Shown one piece after another: positions 62,660 to 64,000 of a DNA stretch of 64,000 nucleotides. The stretch covers positions 113 to 64,112 of IMG/VR virus record IMGVR_UViG_3300033120_000983. One strand, given 5' to 3'. This stretch comes from a virus. Its lineage: Duplodnaviria; Caudoviricetes. Position 1 is the stretch's first letter. Each line of letters opens with the position of its first letter. The position numbers were made by a program, and so were the translations under genes. The notes under the pieces were generated by a model, which was not told the origin of the DNA, did not search any database, and saw only the letters and a program-made list of their open reading frames with translations.

Positions 62660-62746
62660 TGGAGCCGCAGGCGGGAATTGCACCGAAAGGAATGACCTTC
62701 GCGCCGTCCGGTTAAAAGCCGGATGCTCTCTTTGAGCTACTGCGGC
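62660..62746 (-). tRNA. Atypical tRNA-Lys(UUU) with a 15-nt hairpin interrupting the T-stem
   Basis: GCCGCAG/CTGCGGC + T-CCA; D-arm GCTC-AAAGA-GAGC; TCCGG-CTTTTAA-CCGGA; T-stem GCG[AAGGTCATTCCTTTC]GG-TGCAATT-CCCGC. Confidence 0.7.
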
Positions 62747-62754
62747 GAGTGGGG

Positions 62755-63423
62755 TCAGGAAAGAATTTCGACGTTCCAGTTGGAGCACTCCGTCACGTCG
62801 ATGCGGTGGTCGTAACCGTTTTCACGGTTCAGGTCTTTAGTAAGCCACACGTCGCCCATGCGGGACGCTCCGATGCAGCGGCAAACGCGGCCTTGGTAGG
62901 TGCAGGTCAGGCGGCGGGCGGCAAGCCACATACGATCCTTCTCGATGGCCGGCCGGCGGAAGTGATTCAGCCACTCAATGACTTGGCGCTCGTGCTCGTC
63001 TGCAGGCTGGTGCTCGTCCAGCCAGTCGTCAATGTGTGTGAATTCCTTGACAGGAGGTGCAGCAACGGCAGCGGCGACCGGGTTTGGCTCGACGGTGCCT
63101 TCAGGGCAGTGCGCGTCCCACACGGTGTGTCCGGTGGTGGCGTGCCCCATGCGGCGGGCTTTATTGAGGAACCAGTTGCGGTTCATGAGGCAACAACCCG
63201 ACTTCCAGAGCGCGATGCGTTCATTGTTGGCGCGGCGTTGCACGGCTTTCGCGGTGGTTTTGCGGTTTGCTTCCTCAGCCCGGCGGCGGGCTTTACCCAT
63301 ACCGGAGCGATTGGCAGAGGAAGATCGGGGGCCGGATGTCCAAAAAGAATCGGACGGGGAGGCAAAGCCACCCATGGATAAAGCGGCGAGTCCGAGAATG
63401 ACGGGCGAGAGGCGGTAGTTCAT
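62755..63423 (-). CDS. Hypothetical protein
   Basis: C-terminal T.QG..CR..GASRMGDVWLT...GY..R..V conserved phage domain. Confidence 0.65.
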   Translation of the reverse strand: MNYRLSPVILGLAALSMGGFASPSDSFWTSGPRSSSANRSGMGKARRRAEEANRKTTAKAVQRRANNERIALWKSGCCLMNRNWFLNKARRMGHATTGHTVWDAHCPEGTVEPNPVAAAVAAPPVKEFTHIDDWLDEHQPADEHERQVIEWLNHFRRPAIEKDRMWLAARRLTCTYQGRVCRCIGASRMGDVWLTKDLNRENGYDHRIDVTECSNWNVEILS

Positions 63424-63503
63424 AAATGTAAGGGGTGCCGGCAGTGTGGTTGGTATTTTTGCGGCCTGCCGGCGCGCCGCGGTCCGTTGGTGACGGGAAT
63501 CGG

Positions 63504-64000
63504 TTACAGGACGGCCGACATTTTCTTGTCTGGACCAAGCGTCATTTCCTTGGCGTCGGATAGTGATTGGCCGCGGACCTTGAACGAGCCCCAGGAGTAA
63601 GTGAGTTTTTCCGGCTTGCCGTCGTTTTCGGGAGTTTCCACTTTGGCGATTGCGGATTTCGTCACCCATGCGCCATCCCCACTGCTGAATTCGACATAAA
63701 ACGATTCAGGGTCGGGGTCGGTTGTCACGTAACCACTGAGGGTAACCAAGTCCCCCTTCTTCACATACAGCACAGGAGGGAGCACGACCGATTCCGGGTT
63801 AGACTCGTTCAAAAGAGCCACTGCTGGGACGTCGATGATTTCCAAGGACTGCGCTATGGCGGCGACGCTGCATCCAGAAGCATCGTCCCCGGTTTTCGCC
63901 GCGTTTACGAATCTGACGCCGGTGGCCTTCAAGGCGGCGACGGGAACCGCATCTTCTGGCGGCTTGCCTTCCTCCCGGACGAGCCAAGGCGTTGGGGATT
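63504..64000 (-). CDS. Hypothetical protein, 5' end beyond window
   Basis: The frame of ORF 63504-63932 stays open to the window edge. Confidence 0.55.
   Translation of the reverse strand, partial: SPTPWLVREEGKPPEDAVPVAALKATGVRFVNAAKTGDDASGCSVAAIAQSLEIIDVPAVALLNESNPESVVLPPVLYVKKGDLVTLSGYVTTDPDPESFYVEFSSGDGAWVTKSAIAKVETPENDGKPEKLTYSWGSFKVRGQSLSDAKEMTLGPDKKMSAVL

Noticed and set aside
1-64000. CRISPR array, diversity-generating retroelement, integrase/att site, rRNA
   Set aside because: No regularly spaced repeats, reverse transcriptase, active recombinase or rRNA sequence was recognised in the window.
1-64000. Stop-codon reassignment
   Set aside because: Genes translate to full length with the standard code and end in TGA, TAA or TAG, with many ATGA/TAATG overlaps.

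Overview
A 64-kb slice of a high-GC tailed-phage genome (podovirus-like: N4-gp56-type major capsid protein, P22-type portal, giant injected virion protein, no tape measure). It contains no host genes and no integrase, and ORFs run off both ends. Left arm (minus): ERF/RecE-like recombination genes and small accessory genes. 6.3-15.7 kb (plus): probable terS, an accessory/anti-defence block, terL. 15.6-44 kb (minus): a 3874-aa polyvalent virion protein, tRNA cluster, lysis genes, two enzymatic tail spikes, adaptors, capsid and scaffold. 44.1-48 kb (plus): portal. 48-64 kb (minus): replication and nucleotide/accessory genes. Highlights from reading the sequence: (1) a set of architecture-variant tRNA-like genes, comprising an apparently circularly permuted tRNA (27325-27403), a D-armless tRNA-Thr(UGU) with a ~40-nt extra arm (9929-10024), a tRNA-Lys(UUU) whose T-stem is interrupted by a hairpin (62660-62746) and CCA-tailed minihelices, alongside one near-canonical tRNA(CAU); (2) a self-contained HNH endonuclease cassette inserted antisense and in-frame inside the giant virion gene; (3) a multidomain protein with two Tad2-like sponge domains; (4) a GIY-YIG nuclease fused to a paralogue of the neighbouring replication initiator; (5) a 15-nt leader motif before at least 13 accessory genes. 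Protein family calls come from motif recognition only; no searches were run. The host is unknown; the Shine-Dalgarno-less, C/A-rich start contexts would fit a PVC-superphylum host (weak inference).
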